NCBI GenBank assembly: GCA_964247055.1
Contig: OZ176050.1
Span: forward strand, 1,054,001 to 1,118,000
Direction: 5' to 3'
Source of the DNA: Paragordius varius
Lineage: Eukaryota; Animalia; Nematomorpha
Length of the DNA stretch: 64,000 bases
Under the pieces are notes generated by a model, which had not been told where the DNA came from, searched no databases, and saw only the letters and a list, made by a program, of their open reading frames with translations. Made by a program: the position numbers and the translations under genes. Shown here in pieces: positions 27,301-41,700 of this stretch. Positions within the stretch are counted from its first letter, which is position 1. The number at the start of each line of letters is the position of its first letter.

Positions 27301-29103
27301 TTCTCTTAGTAAGACTACATCAAAATATAGAGATAGTTTGACAAACTCTTTCATATCCGATTTTTACAACGATACTTTAAAAATTAATGTATAAAACTAG
27401 TCGTATCAATAAATCGCATCAATACTCAAGTTAAACTTTGTCCTTAAAAATCGGATATTGGTCACCGGGTAACAAAATTATTTTTTATACATTCTCTTAG
27501 TAGGACTAAATCAAAATATAGAGATAGTTTGGCAAACTTTTTCATAATCGATTTTTACAACGATACTTTAAAAATTAATGTATAAAACTAGTCGTATCAA
27601 TAAATCGCATCAATACTCAAGTTAAACTTTGTCCTTAAAAATCGGATATTAGTCACCGGTAAACAAAATTATTTTTTATACATTCTCTTAGTAAGACTAC
27701 ATCAAAATATAGATATAGTTTGACAAATTCTTTCATATCCGATTTTTACAACGATACTTTAAAAATTAATGTATTTAACTAGTCGCATCAATACTCAAGT
27801 CCTTAAAAATCGGATATTGGTCACCGGTGAACAAAATTATTTTTTATACATTCTCTTAGCAAGACTACATCAAAATATAGAGATAGTTTGACAAACTCTT
27901 TCATATCCGATTTTTACAACGATACTTTAAAAATTAATGTATAAAACTAGTCGCATCAATACTCATATTAAACTTTGTCCTTAAAAATCGGATATTGGTC
28001 ACCGGTGAACAAAATTATTTTTTATACATTCTCTTAGTAGGACTACATCAAAATATAGAGATAGTTTGACAAACTATTTCATATCCGATTTTTACAACGA
28101 TACTTTAGAAATTAATGTATTAAACTAGTCGCATCAATACTCAAGTTAAACTTTGTCCTTAAAAATCGGATATTGGTCACCGGTGAACAAAATTATTTTT
28201 TATACATTCTCTTAGTAAGACTACATCAAAATATAGAGATAGTTTGACAAACTCTTTCATATCCGATTTTTACAACGATACTTTAAAAATTAATGTATAA
28301 AACTAGTCGTATCAAAAAATCGCATCAATACTCAAGTTAAACTTTGTCCTTAAAAATCGGATATTGGTCACCGGTGAACAAAATTATTTTTTATACATTC
28401 TCTTAGTAGGACTACATCAAAATATAGAGATAGTTTCCAAACTTTTTCATAATCGATTTTTACAACGATACTTTAAAAATTAATGTATAAAACTAGTCGC
28501 ATCAATACTCAAGTTAAATTTTGTCCTTAAAAATGGGTAAACTTTGTCCTTAAAAATCGGATATTGGTCACCGGTGAACAAAATTATTTTTTATACATTC
28601 TCTTAGTAAGACTACATCAAAATATAGAGATAGTTTGACAAACTCTTTCATATCCGATTTTTACAACGATACTTTAAAAATTAATGTATAAAACTAGTCG
28701 TATCAATAAATCGCATCAATACTCAAGTTAAACTTTGTCCTTAAAAATCGGATATTGGTCACCGGTGAACAAAATCATTTTTTATACATTCTCTTAGTAG
28801 GACTACATCAAAATATAGAGATAGTTTGACAAACTCTTTCATATCCGATTTTTACAACGATACTGTAAAAATTAATGTATAAAACTAGTCGTATCAATAA
28901 ATCGCATCAATACTCAAGTTAAACTTTGTCCTTAAAAATCGGATATTGGTCACCGGTGAACAAAATTATTTTTTATACATTCTCTTAGTAGGACTACATC
29001 AAAATATAGAGATAGTTTCCAAACTTTTTCATAATCGATTTTTACAACGATACTTTAAAAATTAATGTATAAAACTAGTCGCATCAATACTCAAGTTAAA
29101 TTT
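21330..29103 (+). repeat. Duplicated block of about 2.6 kb, offset 5145-5158 (about 21330-23945 and 26475-29103)
   Basis: Shared rare variants: CAGCGATACTTTATAA (21376/26521), the CTCAAGTCC deletion (22641/27799) and the 23-bp duplication (23380/28538). The offset rises by 13 where one copy carries the 13-bp insertion. Confidence 0.88.
23600..27091 (+). repeat. Tandem 1746-bp higher-order duplication (about 10 monomers, 2 copies)
   Basis: Rare variants exactly 1746 apart: AATCATT (23618/25364), ACCGGTCAAC (24327/26073), CAAGTCC (24656/26402) and the deletion junction (25136/26882). Confidence 0.92.
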
Positions 29104-32100
29104 TGTCCTTAAAAATGGGATATTGGTCACCGGTGAACAAAACTATTTTTTATACATTCTCTTAGTAAGACTACATCAAAATATAGAGATAGTTTGACAA
29201 ACTATTTCATATCCGATTTTTACAAAGATACTTTAGAAATTAATGTATTAAACTAGTCGCATCAATACTCAAGTTAAACTTTGTCCTTAAAAATCGGATA
29301 TTGGTCACCGGTGAACAAAATTATTTTTTATACATTCTCTTAGTAGGACTACATCAAAATATAGAGATAGTTTCCAAACTTTTTCATAATCGATTTTTAC
29401 AACGATACTTTAAAAATTAATGTATAAAACTAGTCGCATCAATACTCAAGTTAAATTTTGTCCTTAAAAATGGGATATTGGTCACCGGTGAACAAAACTA
29501 TTTTTTATACATTCTCTTAGTAAGACTACATCAAAATATAGAGATAGTTTGACAAACTATTTCATATCCGATTTTTACAAAGATACTTTAGAAATTAATG
29601 TATTAAACTAGTCGCATCAATACTCAAGTTAAACTTTGTCCTTAAAAATCGGATATTGGTCACCGGTGAACAAAATTATTTTTTATACATTCTCTTAGTT
29701 GGACTACATCAAAATATAGAGATAGTTTCCAAACTTTTTCATAATCGATTTTTACAACGATACTTTAAAAATTAATGTATAAAACTAGTCGCATCAATAC
29801 TCAAGTTAAATTTTGTCCTTAAAAATGGGTAAACTTTGTCCTTAAAAATCGGATATTGGTCACCGGTGAACAAAATTATTTTTTATACATTCTCTTAGTA
29901 AGACTACATCAAAATATAGAGATAGTTTGACAAACTCTTTCATATCCGATTTTTACAACGATACTTTAAAAATTAATGTATAAAACTAGTCGTATCAATA
30001 AATCGCATCAATACTCAAGTTAAACTTTGTCCTTAAAAATCGGATATTGGTCACCGGTGAACAAAATCATTTTTTATACATTCTCTTAGTAGGACTATAC
30101 TACATCAAAATATAGAGATAGTTTGACAAACTCTTTCATATCCGATTTTTACAACGATACTGTAAAAATTAATGTATAAAACTAGTCGTATCAATAAATC
30201 GCATCAATACTCAAGTTAAACTTTGTCCTTAAAAATCGGATATTGGTCACCGGTGAACAAAATTATTTTTTATACATTCTCTTAGTAGGACTACATCAAA
30301 ATATAGAGATAGTTTCCAAACTTTTTCATAATCGATTTTTACAACGATACTTTAAAAATTAATGTATAAAACTAGTCGCATCAATACTCAAGTTAAATTT
30401 TGTCCTTAAAAATGGGATATTGGTCACCGGTGAACAAAACTATTTTTTATACATTCTCTTAGTAAGACTACATCAAAATATAGAGATAGTTTGACAAACT
30501 ATTTCATATCCGATTTTTACAAAGATACTTTAGAAATTAATGTATTAAACTAGTCGCATCAATACTCAAGTTAAACTTTGTCCTTAAAAATCGGATATTG
30601 GTCACCGGTGAACAAAATTATTTTTTATACATTCTCTTAGTTGGACTACATCAAAATATAGAGATAGTTTCCAAACTTTTTCATAATCGATTTTTACAAC
30701 GATACTTTAAAAATTAATGTATAAAACTAGTCGCATCAATACTCAAGTTAAATTTTGTCCTTAAAAATGGGATATTGGTCACCGGTGAACAAAACTATTT
30801 TTTATACATTCTCTTAGTAAGACTACATCAAAATATAGAGATAGTTTGACAAACTCTTTCATATCCGATTTTTACAACGATACTTTAAAAATTAATGTAT
30901 AAAACTAGTCGTATCAATAAATCGCATCAATACTCAAGTTAAACTTTGTCCTTAAAAATCGGATATTGGTCACCGGTGAACAAAATCATTTTTTATACAT
31001 TCTCTTAGTAGGACTACATCAAAATATAGAGATAGTTTGACAAACTCTTTCATATCCGATTTTTACAACGATACTTTAAAAACTAATGTATAAAACTAGT
31101 CGCATCAATACTCAAGTTAAACTTTGTCCTTAAAAATCGGATATTGGTCACCGGTGAACAAAATTATTTTTTATACATTCTCTTAGTAGGACTACATCAA
31201 AATATAGAGATAGTTTGACAAACTATTTCATATCCGATTTTTACAACGATACTTTAGAAATTAATGTATTAAACTAGTCGCATCAATACTCAAGTTAAAC
31301 TTTGCCCTTAAAAATCGGATATTGGTCACCGGTGAACAAAATTATTTTTTATACATTCTCTTAGTAAGACTACATCAAAATATAGAGATAGTTTGACAAA
31401 CTCTTTCATATCCGATTTTTACAACGATACTTTAAAAATTAATGTATAAAACTAGTCGTATCAATAAATCGCATCAATACTCAAGTTAAACTTTGTCCTT
31501 AAAAATCGGATATTGGTCACCGGTGAACAAAATCATTTTTTATACATTCTCTTAGTAGGACTACATCAAAATATAGAGATAGTTTGACAAACTCTTTCAT
31601 ATCCGATTTTTACAACGATACTTTAAAAATTAATGTATAAAACTAGTCGCATCAATACTCAAGTTAAACTTTGTCCTTAAAAATCGGATATTGGTCACCG
31701 GTGAACAAAATTATTTTTTATACATTCTCTTAGTAGGACTACATCAAAATATAGAGATAGTTTGACAAACTATTTCATATCCGATTTTTACAACGATACT
31801 TTAGAAATTAATGTATTAAACTAGTCGCATCAATACTCAAGTTAAACTTTGTCCTTAAAAATCGGATATTGGTCACCGGTGAACAAAATTATTTTTTATA
31901 CATTCTCTTAGTAAGACTACATCAAAATATAGAGATAGTTTGACAAACTCTTTCATATCCGATTTTTACAACGATACTTTAAAAATTAATGTATAAAACT
32001 AGTCGTATCAATAAATCGCATCAATACTCAAGTTAAACTTTGTCCTTAAAAATCGGATATTGGTCACCGGTGAACAAAATCATTTTTTATACATTCTCTT

Positions 32101-34679
32101 AGTAGGACTACATCAAAATATAGAGATAGTTTCCAAACTTTTTCATAATCGATTTTCCAACGATACTTTAAAAATTAATGTATAAAACTAGTCGCATCAA
32201 TACTCAAGTTAAACTTTGTCCTTAAAAATCGGATATTGGTCACCGGTGAACAAAATTATTTTTTATACATTCTCTTAGTAGGACTACATCAAAATATAGA
32301 GATAGTTTGAAAAACTATTTCATATCCGATTTTTACAACGATACTTTAGAAATTAATGTATTAAACTAGTCGCATCAATACTCAAGTTAAACTTTGTCCT
32401 TAAAAATCGGATATTGGTCACCGGTGAACAAAATTATTTTTTATACATTCTCTTAGTAAGACTACATCAAAATATAGAGATAGTTTGACAAACTCTTTCA
32501 TATCCGATTTTTACAACGATACTTTAAAAATTAATGTATAAAACTAGTCGTATCAATAAATCGCATCAATACTCAAGTTAAACTTTGTCCTTAAAAATCG
32601 GATATTGGTCACCGGTGAACAAAATAATTTTTTATACATTCTCTTAGTAGGACTACATCAAAATATAGAGATAGTTTCCAAACTTTTTCATAATCGATTT
32701 TTACAACGATACTTTAAAAATTAATGTATAAAACTAGTCGCATCAATACTCAAGTTAAATTTTGTCCTTAAAAATGGGATATTGGTCACCGGTGAACAAA
32801 ACTATTTTTTATACATTCTCTTATTAAGACTACATCAAAATATAGAGATAGTTTGACAAACTATTTCATATCCGATTTTTACAACGATACTTTAGAAATT
32901 AATGTATTAAACTAGTCGCATCAATACTCAAGTTAAACTTTGTCCTTAAAAATCGGATATTGGTCACCGGTGAACAAAATTATTTTTTATACATTCTCTT
33001 AGTAAGACTACATCAAAATATAGAGATAGTTTGACAAACTCTTTCATATCCGATTTTTACAACGATACTTTAAAAATTAATGTATAAAACTAGTCGTATC
33101 AATAAATCGCATCAATACTCAAGTTAAACTTTGTCCTTAAAAATCGGATATTGGTCACCGGTGAACAAAATCATTTTTTATACATTCTCTTAGTAGGACT
33201 ACATCAAAATATAGAGATAGTTTGACAAACTCTTTCATATCCGATTTTTACAACGATACTTTAAAAATTAATGTATAAAACTAGTCGTATCAATAAATCG
33301 CATCAATACTCAAGTTAAACTTTGTCCTTAAAAATCGGATATTGGTCACCGGTGAACAAAATTATTTTTTATACATTCTCTTAGTAGGACTACATCAAAA
33401 TATAGAGATAGTTTGACAAACTATTTCATATCCGATTTTTACAACGATACTTTAGAAATTAATGTATTAAACTAGTCGCATCAATACTCAAGTTAAACTT
33501 TGTCCTTAAAAATCGGATATTGGTCACCGGTGAACAAAATTATTTTTTATACATTCTCTTAGTAAGACTACATCAAAATATAGAGATAGTTTGACAAACT
33601 CTTTCATATCCGATTTTTACAACGATACTTTAAAAATTAATGTATAAAACTAGTCGTATCAATAAATCGCATCAATACTCAAGTTAAACTTTGTCCTTAA
33701 AAATCGGATATTGGTCACCGGTGAACAAAATCATTTTTTATACATTCTCTTAGTAGGACTACATCAAAATATAGAGATAGTTTCCAAACTTTTTCATAAT
33801 CGATTTTTACAACGATACTTTAAAAATTAATGTATAAAACTAGTCGCATCAATACTCAAGTTAAACTTTGTCCTTAAAAATCGGATATTGGTCACCGGTG
33901 AACAAAATTATTTTTTATACATTCTCTTAGTAGGACTACATCAAAATATAGAGATAGTTTGACAAACTATTTCATATCCGATTTTTACAACGATACTTTA
34001 GAAATTAATGTATTAAACTAGTCGCATCAATACTCAAGTTAAACTTTGTCCTTAAAAATCGGATATTGGTCACCGGTGAACAAAATTATTTTTTATACAT
34101 TCTCTTAGTAAGACTACATCAAAATATAGAGATAGTTTGACAAACTCTTTCATATCCGATTTTTACAACGATACTTTAAAAATTAATGTATAAAACTAGT
34201 CGTATCAATAAATCGCATCAATACTCAAGTTAAACTTTGTCCTTAAAAATCGGATATTGGTCACCGGTGAACAAAATTATTTTTTATACATTCTCTTAGT
34301 AGGACTACATCAAAATATAGAGATAGTTTCCAAACTTTTTCATAATCGATTTTTACAACGATACTTTAAAAATTAATGTATAAAACTAGTCGCATCAATA
34401 CTCAAGTTAAATTTTGTCCTTAAAAATGGGATATTGGTCACCGGTGAACAAAACTATTTTTTATACATTCTCTTAGTAAGACTACATCAAAATATAGAGA
34501 TAGTTTGACAAACTCTTTCATATCCGATTTTTACAACGATACTTTAAAAATTAATGTATAAAACTAGTCGTATCAATAAATCGCATCAATACTCAAGTTA
34601 AACTTTGTCCTTAAAAATCGGATATTGGTCACCGGTGAACAAAATCATTTTTTATACATTCTCTTAGTAGGACTACATC

Positions 34680-37600
34680 AAAATATAGAGATAGTTTCCA
34701 AACTTTTTCATAATCGATTTTTACAACGATACTTTAAAAATTAATGTATAAAACTAGTCGCATCAATACTCAAGTTAAACTTTGTCCTTAAAAATCGGAT
34801 ATTGGTCACCGGTGAACAAAATTATTTTTTATACATTCTCTTAGTAGGACTACATCAAAATATAGAGATAGTTTGACAAACTCTTTCATATCCGATTTTT
34901 ACAACGATACTTTAAAAATTAATGTATAAAACTAGTCGTATCAATAAATCGCATCAATACTCAAGTTAAACTTTGTCCTTAAAAATCGGATATTGGTCAC
35001 CGGTGAACAAAATTATTTTTTATACATTCTCTTAGTAGGACTACATCAAAATATAGAGATAGTTTCCAAACTTTTTCATAATCGATTTTTACAACGATAC
35101 TTTAAAAATTAATGTATAAAACTAGTCGCATCAATACTCAAGTTAAATTTTGTCCTTAAAAATGGGATATTGGTCACCGGTGAACAAAACTATTTTTTAT
35201 ACATTCTCTTAGTAAGACTACATGAAAATATAGAGATAGTTTGACAAACTCTTTCATATCCGATTTTTACAACGATACTTTAAAAATTAATGTATAAAAC
35301 TAGTCGTATCAATAAATCGCATCAATACTCAAGTTAAACTTTGTCCTTAAAAATCGGATATTGGTCACCGGTGAACAAAATTATTTTTTATACATTCTCT
35401 TAGTAGGACTACATCAAAATATAGAGATAGTTTCCAAACTTTTTCATAATCGATTTTTACAACGATACTTTAAAAATTAATGTATAAAACTAGTCGCATC
35501 AATACTCAAGTTAAATTTTGTCCTTAAAAATGGGATATTGGTCATTGGTGAACAAAACTATTTTTTATACATTCTCTTAGTAAGACTACATCAAAATATA
35601 GAGATAGTTTGACAAACTATTTCATATCCGATTTTTACAACGATACTTTAGAAATTAATGTATTAAACTAGTCGCATCAATACTCAAGTTAAACTTTGTC
35701 CTTAAAAATCGGATATTGGTCACCGGTGAACAAAATTATTTTTTATACATTCTCTTAGTAAGACTACATCAAAATATAGAGATAGTTTGACAAACTCTTT
35801 CATATCCGATTTTTACAACGATACTTTAAAAATTAATGTATAAAACTAGTCGTATCAATAAATAGCATCAATACTCAAGTTAAACTTTGTCCTTAAAAAT
35901 CGGATATTGGTCACCGGTGAACAAAATTATTTTTTATACATTCTCTTAGTAGGACTACATCAAAATATAGAGATAGTTTGGCAAACTTTTTCATAATCGA
36001 TTTTTACAACGATACTTTAAAAATTAATGTATAAAACTAGTCGCATCAATACTCAAGTTAAACTTTGTCCTTAAAAATCGGATATTGGTCACCGGTGAAC
36101 AAAACTATTTTTTATACATTCTCTTAGTAGGACTACATCAAAATATAGAGATAGTTTGGCAAACTCTTTCATATCCGATTTTTACAACGATACTTTAAAA
36201 ATTATGGTATTAAACCAGTCGCATCAATACTCAAGTTAAACATTGTCCTTAAAAATCGGATATTGGTCACCGGTAAACAAAATTATTTTATATACATTCT
36301 CTTAGTAAGACTACATCAAAATATAGAGATAGTTTGACAAACTCTTTCATATCCGATTTTTACAACGATATTTAAAAATTAATGTATAAAACTAGTCGTA
36401 TCAATAAATCGCATCAATACTCAAGTTAAACTTTGTCCTTAAAAATCGGATATTGGTCACCGGTGAAGAAAATTATTTCTTATACATTCTCTTAGTAAGA
36501 CTACATCAAAATATAGAGATAGTTTGACAAACTCTTTCATATCCGATTTTTAAAACGATACTTTAAAAAAATGTATTAAACTAATCGCATCAATACTCAA
36601 GTTAAACTTTGTCCTTAAAAATCGGATATTGGTCACCGGTGAACAAAATTATTTTTTATACATTCTCTTAGTAAGAATACATGAAAATATAGAGATAGTT
36701 TCCAAACTTTTTCATAATCGATTTTTACAACGATACTTTAAAAATTAATGTATAAAACTAGTCGCATCAATACTCAAGTTAAACTTTGTCCTTAAAAATC
36801 GGATATTGGTCACCGGTGAACAAAATTATTTTTTATACATTCTCTTAGTAGGACTACATCAAAATATAGAGATAGTTTGACAAACTCTTTCATATCCGAT
36901 TTTTACAACGATACTTTAAAAATTAATGTATAAAACTAGTCGTATCAATAAATCGCATCAATACTCAAGTTAAACTTTGTCCTTAAAAATCGGATATTGG
37001 TCACCGGTGAACAAAATTATTTTTTATACATTCTCTTAGTAGGACTACATCAAAATATAGAGATAGTTTCCAAACTTTTTCATAATCGATTTTTACAACG
37101 ATACTTTAAAAATTAATGTATAAAACTAGTCGCATCAATACTCAAGTTAAATTTTGTCCTTAAAAATGGGATATTGGTCACCGGTGAACAAAACTATTTT
37201 TTATACATTCTCTTAGTAAGACTACATGAAAATATAGAGATAGTTTGACAAACTCTTTCATATCCGATTTTTACAACGATACTTTAAAAATTAATGTATA
37301 AAACTAGTCGTATCAATAAATCGCATCAATACTAAAGTTAAACTTTGTCCTTAAAAATCGGATATTGGTCACCGGTGAACAAAATTATTTTTTATACATT
37401 CTCTTAGTAGGACTACATCAAAATATAGAGATAGTTTCCAAACTTTTTCATAATCGATTTTTACAACGATACTTTAAAAATTAATGTATAAAACTAGTCG
37501 CATCAATACTCAAGTTAAATTTTGTCCTTAAAAATGGGATATTGGTCATTGGTGAACAAAACTATTTTTTATACATTCTCTTAGTAAGACTACATCAAAA

Positions 37601-38750
37601 TATAGAGATAGTTTGACAAACTATTTCATATCCGATTTTTACAACGATACTTTAGAAATTAATGTATTAAACTAGTCGCATCAATACTCAAGTTAAACTT
37701 TGTCCTTAAAAATCGGATATTGGTCACCGGTGAACAAAATTATTTTTTATACATTCTCTTAGTAAGACTACATCAAAATATAGAGATAGTTTGACAAACT
37801 CTTTCATATCCGATTTTTACAACGATACTTTAAAAATTAATGTATAAAACTAGTCGTATCAATAAATAGCATCAATACTCAAGTTAAACTTTGTCCTTAA
37901 AAATCGGATATTGGTCACCGGTGAACAAAATTATTTTTTATACATTCTCTTAGTAGGACTACATCAAAATATAGAGATAGTTTGGCAAACTTTTTCATAA
38001 TCGATTTTTACAACGATACTTTAAAAATTAATGTATAAAACTAGTCGCATCAATACTCAAGTTAAACTTTGTCCTTAAAAATCGGATATTGGTCACCGGT
38101 GAACAAAACTATTTTTTATACATTCTCTTAGTAGGACTACATCAAAATATAGAGATAGTTTGGCAAACTCTTTCATATCCGATTTTTACAACGATACTTT
38201 AAAAATTATGGTATTAAACCAGTCGCATCAATACTCAAGTTAAACATTGTCCTTAAAAATCGGATATTGGTCACCGGTAAACAAAATTATTTTATATACA
38301 TTCTCTTAGTAAGACTACATCAAAATATAGAGATAGTTTGACAAACTCTTTCATATCCGATTTTTACAACGATATTTAAAAATTAATGTATAAAACTAGT
38401 CGTATCAATAAATCGCATCAATACTCAAGTTAAACTTTGTCCTTAAAAATCGGATATTGGTCACCGGTGAAGAAAATTATTTCTTATACATTCTCTTAGT
38501 AAGACTACATCAAAATATAGAGATAGTTTGACAAACTCTTTCATATCCGATTTTTAAAACGATACTTTAAAAAAATGTATTAAACTAATCGCATCAATAC
38601 TCAAGTTAAACTTTGTCCTTAAAAATCGGATATTGGTCACCGGTGAACAAAATTATTTTTTATACATTCTCTTAGTAAGAATACATGAAAATATAGAGAT
38701 AGTTTCCAAACTTTTTCATAATCGATTTTTACAACGATACTTTAAAAATT
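34680..38750 (+). repeat. Tandem 2004-bp higher-order duplication (about 11 monomers, 2 copies)
   Basis: GTCATTGGTG (35545/37549), GAAGAAAATTATTTCTT (36468/38472) and GAATACATG (36675/38679) are all 2004 apart. Confidence 0.92.
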
Positions 38751-41700
38751 ATGGTATTAAACCAGTCGCATCAATACTCAAGTTAAACATTGTCCTTAAA
38801 AATCGGATATTGGTCACCGGTATACAAAATTATTTTATATACATTCTCTTAGTAAGACTACATCAAAATATAGAGATAGTTTGACAAACTCTTTCATATC
38901 CGATTTTTACAACGATATTTAAAAATTAATGTATAAAACTAGTCGTATCAATAAATCGCATCAATACTCAAGTTAAACTTTGTCCTTAAAAATCGGATAT
39001 TGGTCACCGGTGAACAAAATTATTTTTTATACATTCTCTTAGTAGGACTACATCAAAATATAGAGATAGTTTCCAAACTTTTTCATAATCGATTTTTACA
39101 ACGATACTTTAAAAATTAATGTATAAAACTAGTCGCATCAATACTCAAGTTAAATTTTGTCCTTAAAAATGGGATATTGGTCACCGGTGAACAAAACTAT
39201 TTTTTATACATTCTCTTAGTAAGACTACATGAAAATATAGAGATAGTTTGACAAACTCTTTCATATCCGATTTTTACAACGATACTTTAAAAATTAATGT
39301 ATAAAACTAGTCGTATCAATAAATAGCATCAATACTCAAGTTAAACTTTGTCCTTAAAAATCGGATATTGGTCACCGGTGAACAAAATTATTTTTTATAC
39401 ATTCTCTTAGTAGGACTACATCAAAATATAGAGATAGTTTGGCAAACTTTTTCATAATCGATTTTTACAACGATACTTTAAAAATTAATGTATAAAACTA
39501 GTCGCATCAATACTCAAGTTAAACTTTGTCCTTAAAAATCGGATATTGGTCACCGGTGAACAAAACTATTTTTTATACATTCTCTTAGTAGGACTACATC
39601 AAAATATAGAGATAGTTTGGCAAACTCTTTCATATCCGATTTTTACAACGATACTTTAAAAATTATGGTATTAAACCAGTCGCATCAATACTCAAGGTAA
39701 ACATTGTCCTTAAAAATCGGATATTGGTCACCGGTGAACAAAATTATTTTATATACATTCTCTTAGTAAGACTACATCAAAATATAGAGATAGTTTGACA
39801 AACTCTTTCATATCCGATTTTTACAACGATATTTAAAAATTAATGTATAAAACTAGTCGTATCAATAAATCGCATCAATACTCAAGTTAAACTTTGTCCT
39901 TAAAAATCGGATATTGGTCACCGGTGAAGAAAATTATTTCTTATACATTCTCTTAGTAAGACTACATCAAAATATAGAGATAGTTTGACAAACTCTTTCA
40001 TATCCGATTTTTAAAACGATACTTTAAAAAAATGTATTAAACTAATCGCATCAATACTCAAGTTAAACTTTGTCCTTAAAAATCGGATATTGGTCACCGG
40101 TGAACAAAATTATTTTTTATACATTCTCTTAGTAAGAATACATGAAAATATAGAGATAGTTTGACAAATTCATTTATATCCGATTTTTACAACGATACTT
40201 TAAAAATTATTAAAACTAGTCGCATCAATAATCAAGTTAAACTTTGTCCTTAAAAATCGAATATACCGGTGAACAAAATTATTTTTTATACATTCTCTTA
40301 GTAGGACTACATCAAAATATAGAGATAGTTTGACAAACTCTTTCATATCCGATTTTTACAACGATACTTTAAAAATTAATGTATAAAACTAGTCGTATCA
40401 ATAAATCGCATCAATACTCAAGTTAAACTTTGTCCTTAAAAATCGGATATTGGTCACCGGTGAACAAAATCATTTTTTATACATTCTCTTAGTAGGACTA
40501 CATCAAAATATAGAGATAGTTTCCAAACTTTTTCATAATCGATTTTTACAACGATACTTTAAAAATTAATGTATAAAACTAGTCGCATCAATACTCAAGT
40601 TAAACTTTGTCCTTAAAAATCGGATATTGGTCACCGGTGAACAAAATTATTTTTTATACATTCTCTTAGTAGGACTACATCAAAATATAGAGATAGTTTG
40701 ACAAACTATTTCATATCCGATTTTTACAACGATACTTTAGAAATTAATGTATTAAACTAGTCGCATCAATACTCAAGTTAAACTTTGTCCTTAAAAATCG
40801 GATATTGGTCACCGGTGAACAAAATTATTTTTTATACATTCTCTTAGTAAGACTACATCAAAATATAGAGATAGTTTGACAAACTCTTTCATATCCGATT
40901 TTTACAACGATACTTTAAAAATTAATGTATAAAACTAGTCGTATCAATAAATCGCATCAATACTCAAGTTAAACTTTGTCCTTAAAAATCGGATATTGGT
41001 CACCGGTGAACAAAATTATTTTTTATACATTCTCTTAGTAGGACTACATCAAAATATAGTCCAAACTTTTTCATAATCGATTTTTACAACGATACTTTAA
41101 AAATTAATGTATAAAACTAGTCGCATCAATACTCAAGTTAAATTTTGTCCTTAAAAATGGGATATTGGTCACCGGTGAACAAAACTATTTTTTATACATT
41201 CTCTTAGTAAGACTACATCAAAATATAGAGATAGTTTGACAAACTATTTCATATCCGATTTTTACAACGATACTTTAGAAATTAATGTATTAAACTAGTC
41301 GCATCAATACTCAAGTTAAACTTTGTCCTTAAAAATCGGATATTGGTCAACGGTGAACAAAATTATTTTTTATACATTCTCTTAGTAAGACTACATCAAA
41401 ATATAGAGATAGTTTGACAAACTCTTTCATATCCGATTTTTACAACGATACTTTAAAAATTAATGTATAAAACTAGTCGCATCAATACTCATGTTAAACT
41501 TTGTCCTTAAAAATCGGATATTGGTCACCGGTGAACAAAATTATTTTTTATACATTCTCTTAGTAAGACTACATCAAAATATAATAGTTTGACAAACTCT
41601 TTCATATCCGATTTTTACAACGATATTTAAAAATTAATGTATAAAACTAGTCGTATCAATAAATAGCATCAATACTCAAGTTTAACTTTGTCCTTAAAAA

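Noticed and set aside
30091-30105. 5-bp insertion GGACTA-TACTA-CATC as a transposon footprint
   Set aside because: It is a single occurrence and is equally explained by slippage or consensus error. There is no element nearby.
16667-38884. 83-87 aa ORFs MVTCEQNYFLYILL...
   Set aside because: These are chance read-through caused by 1-bp indels in satellite monomers, with non-ATG starts and no gene context.
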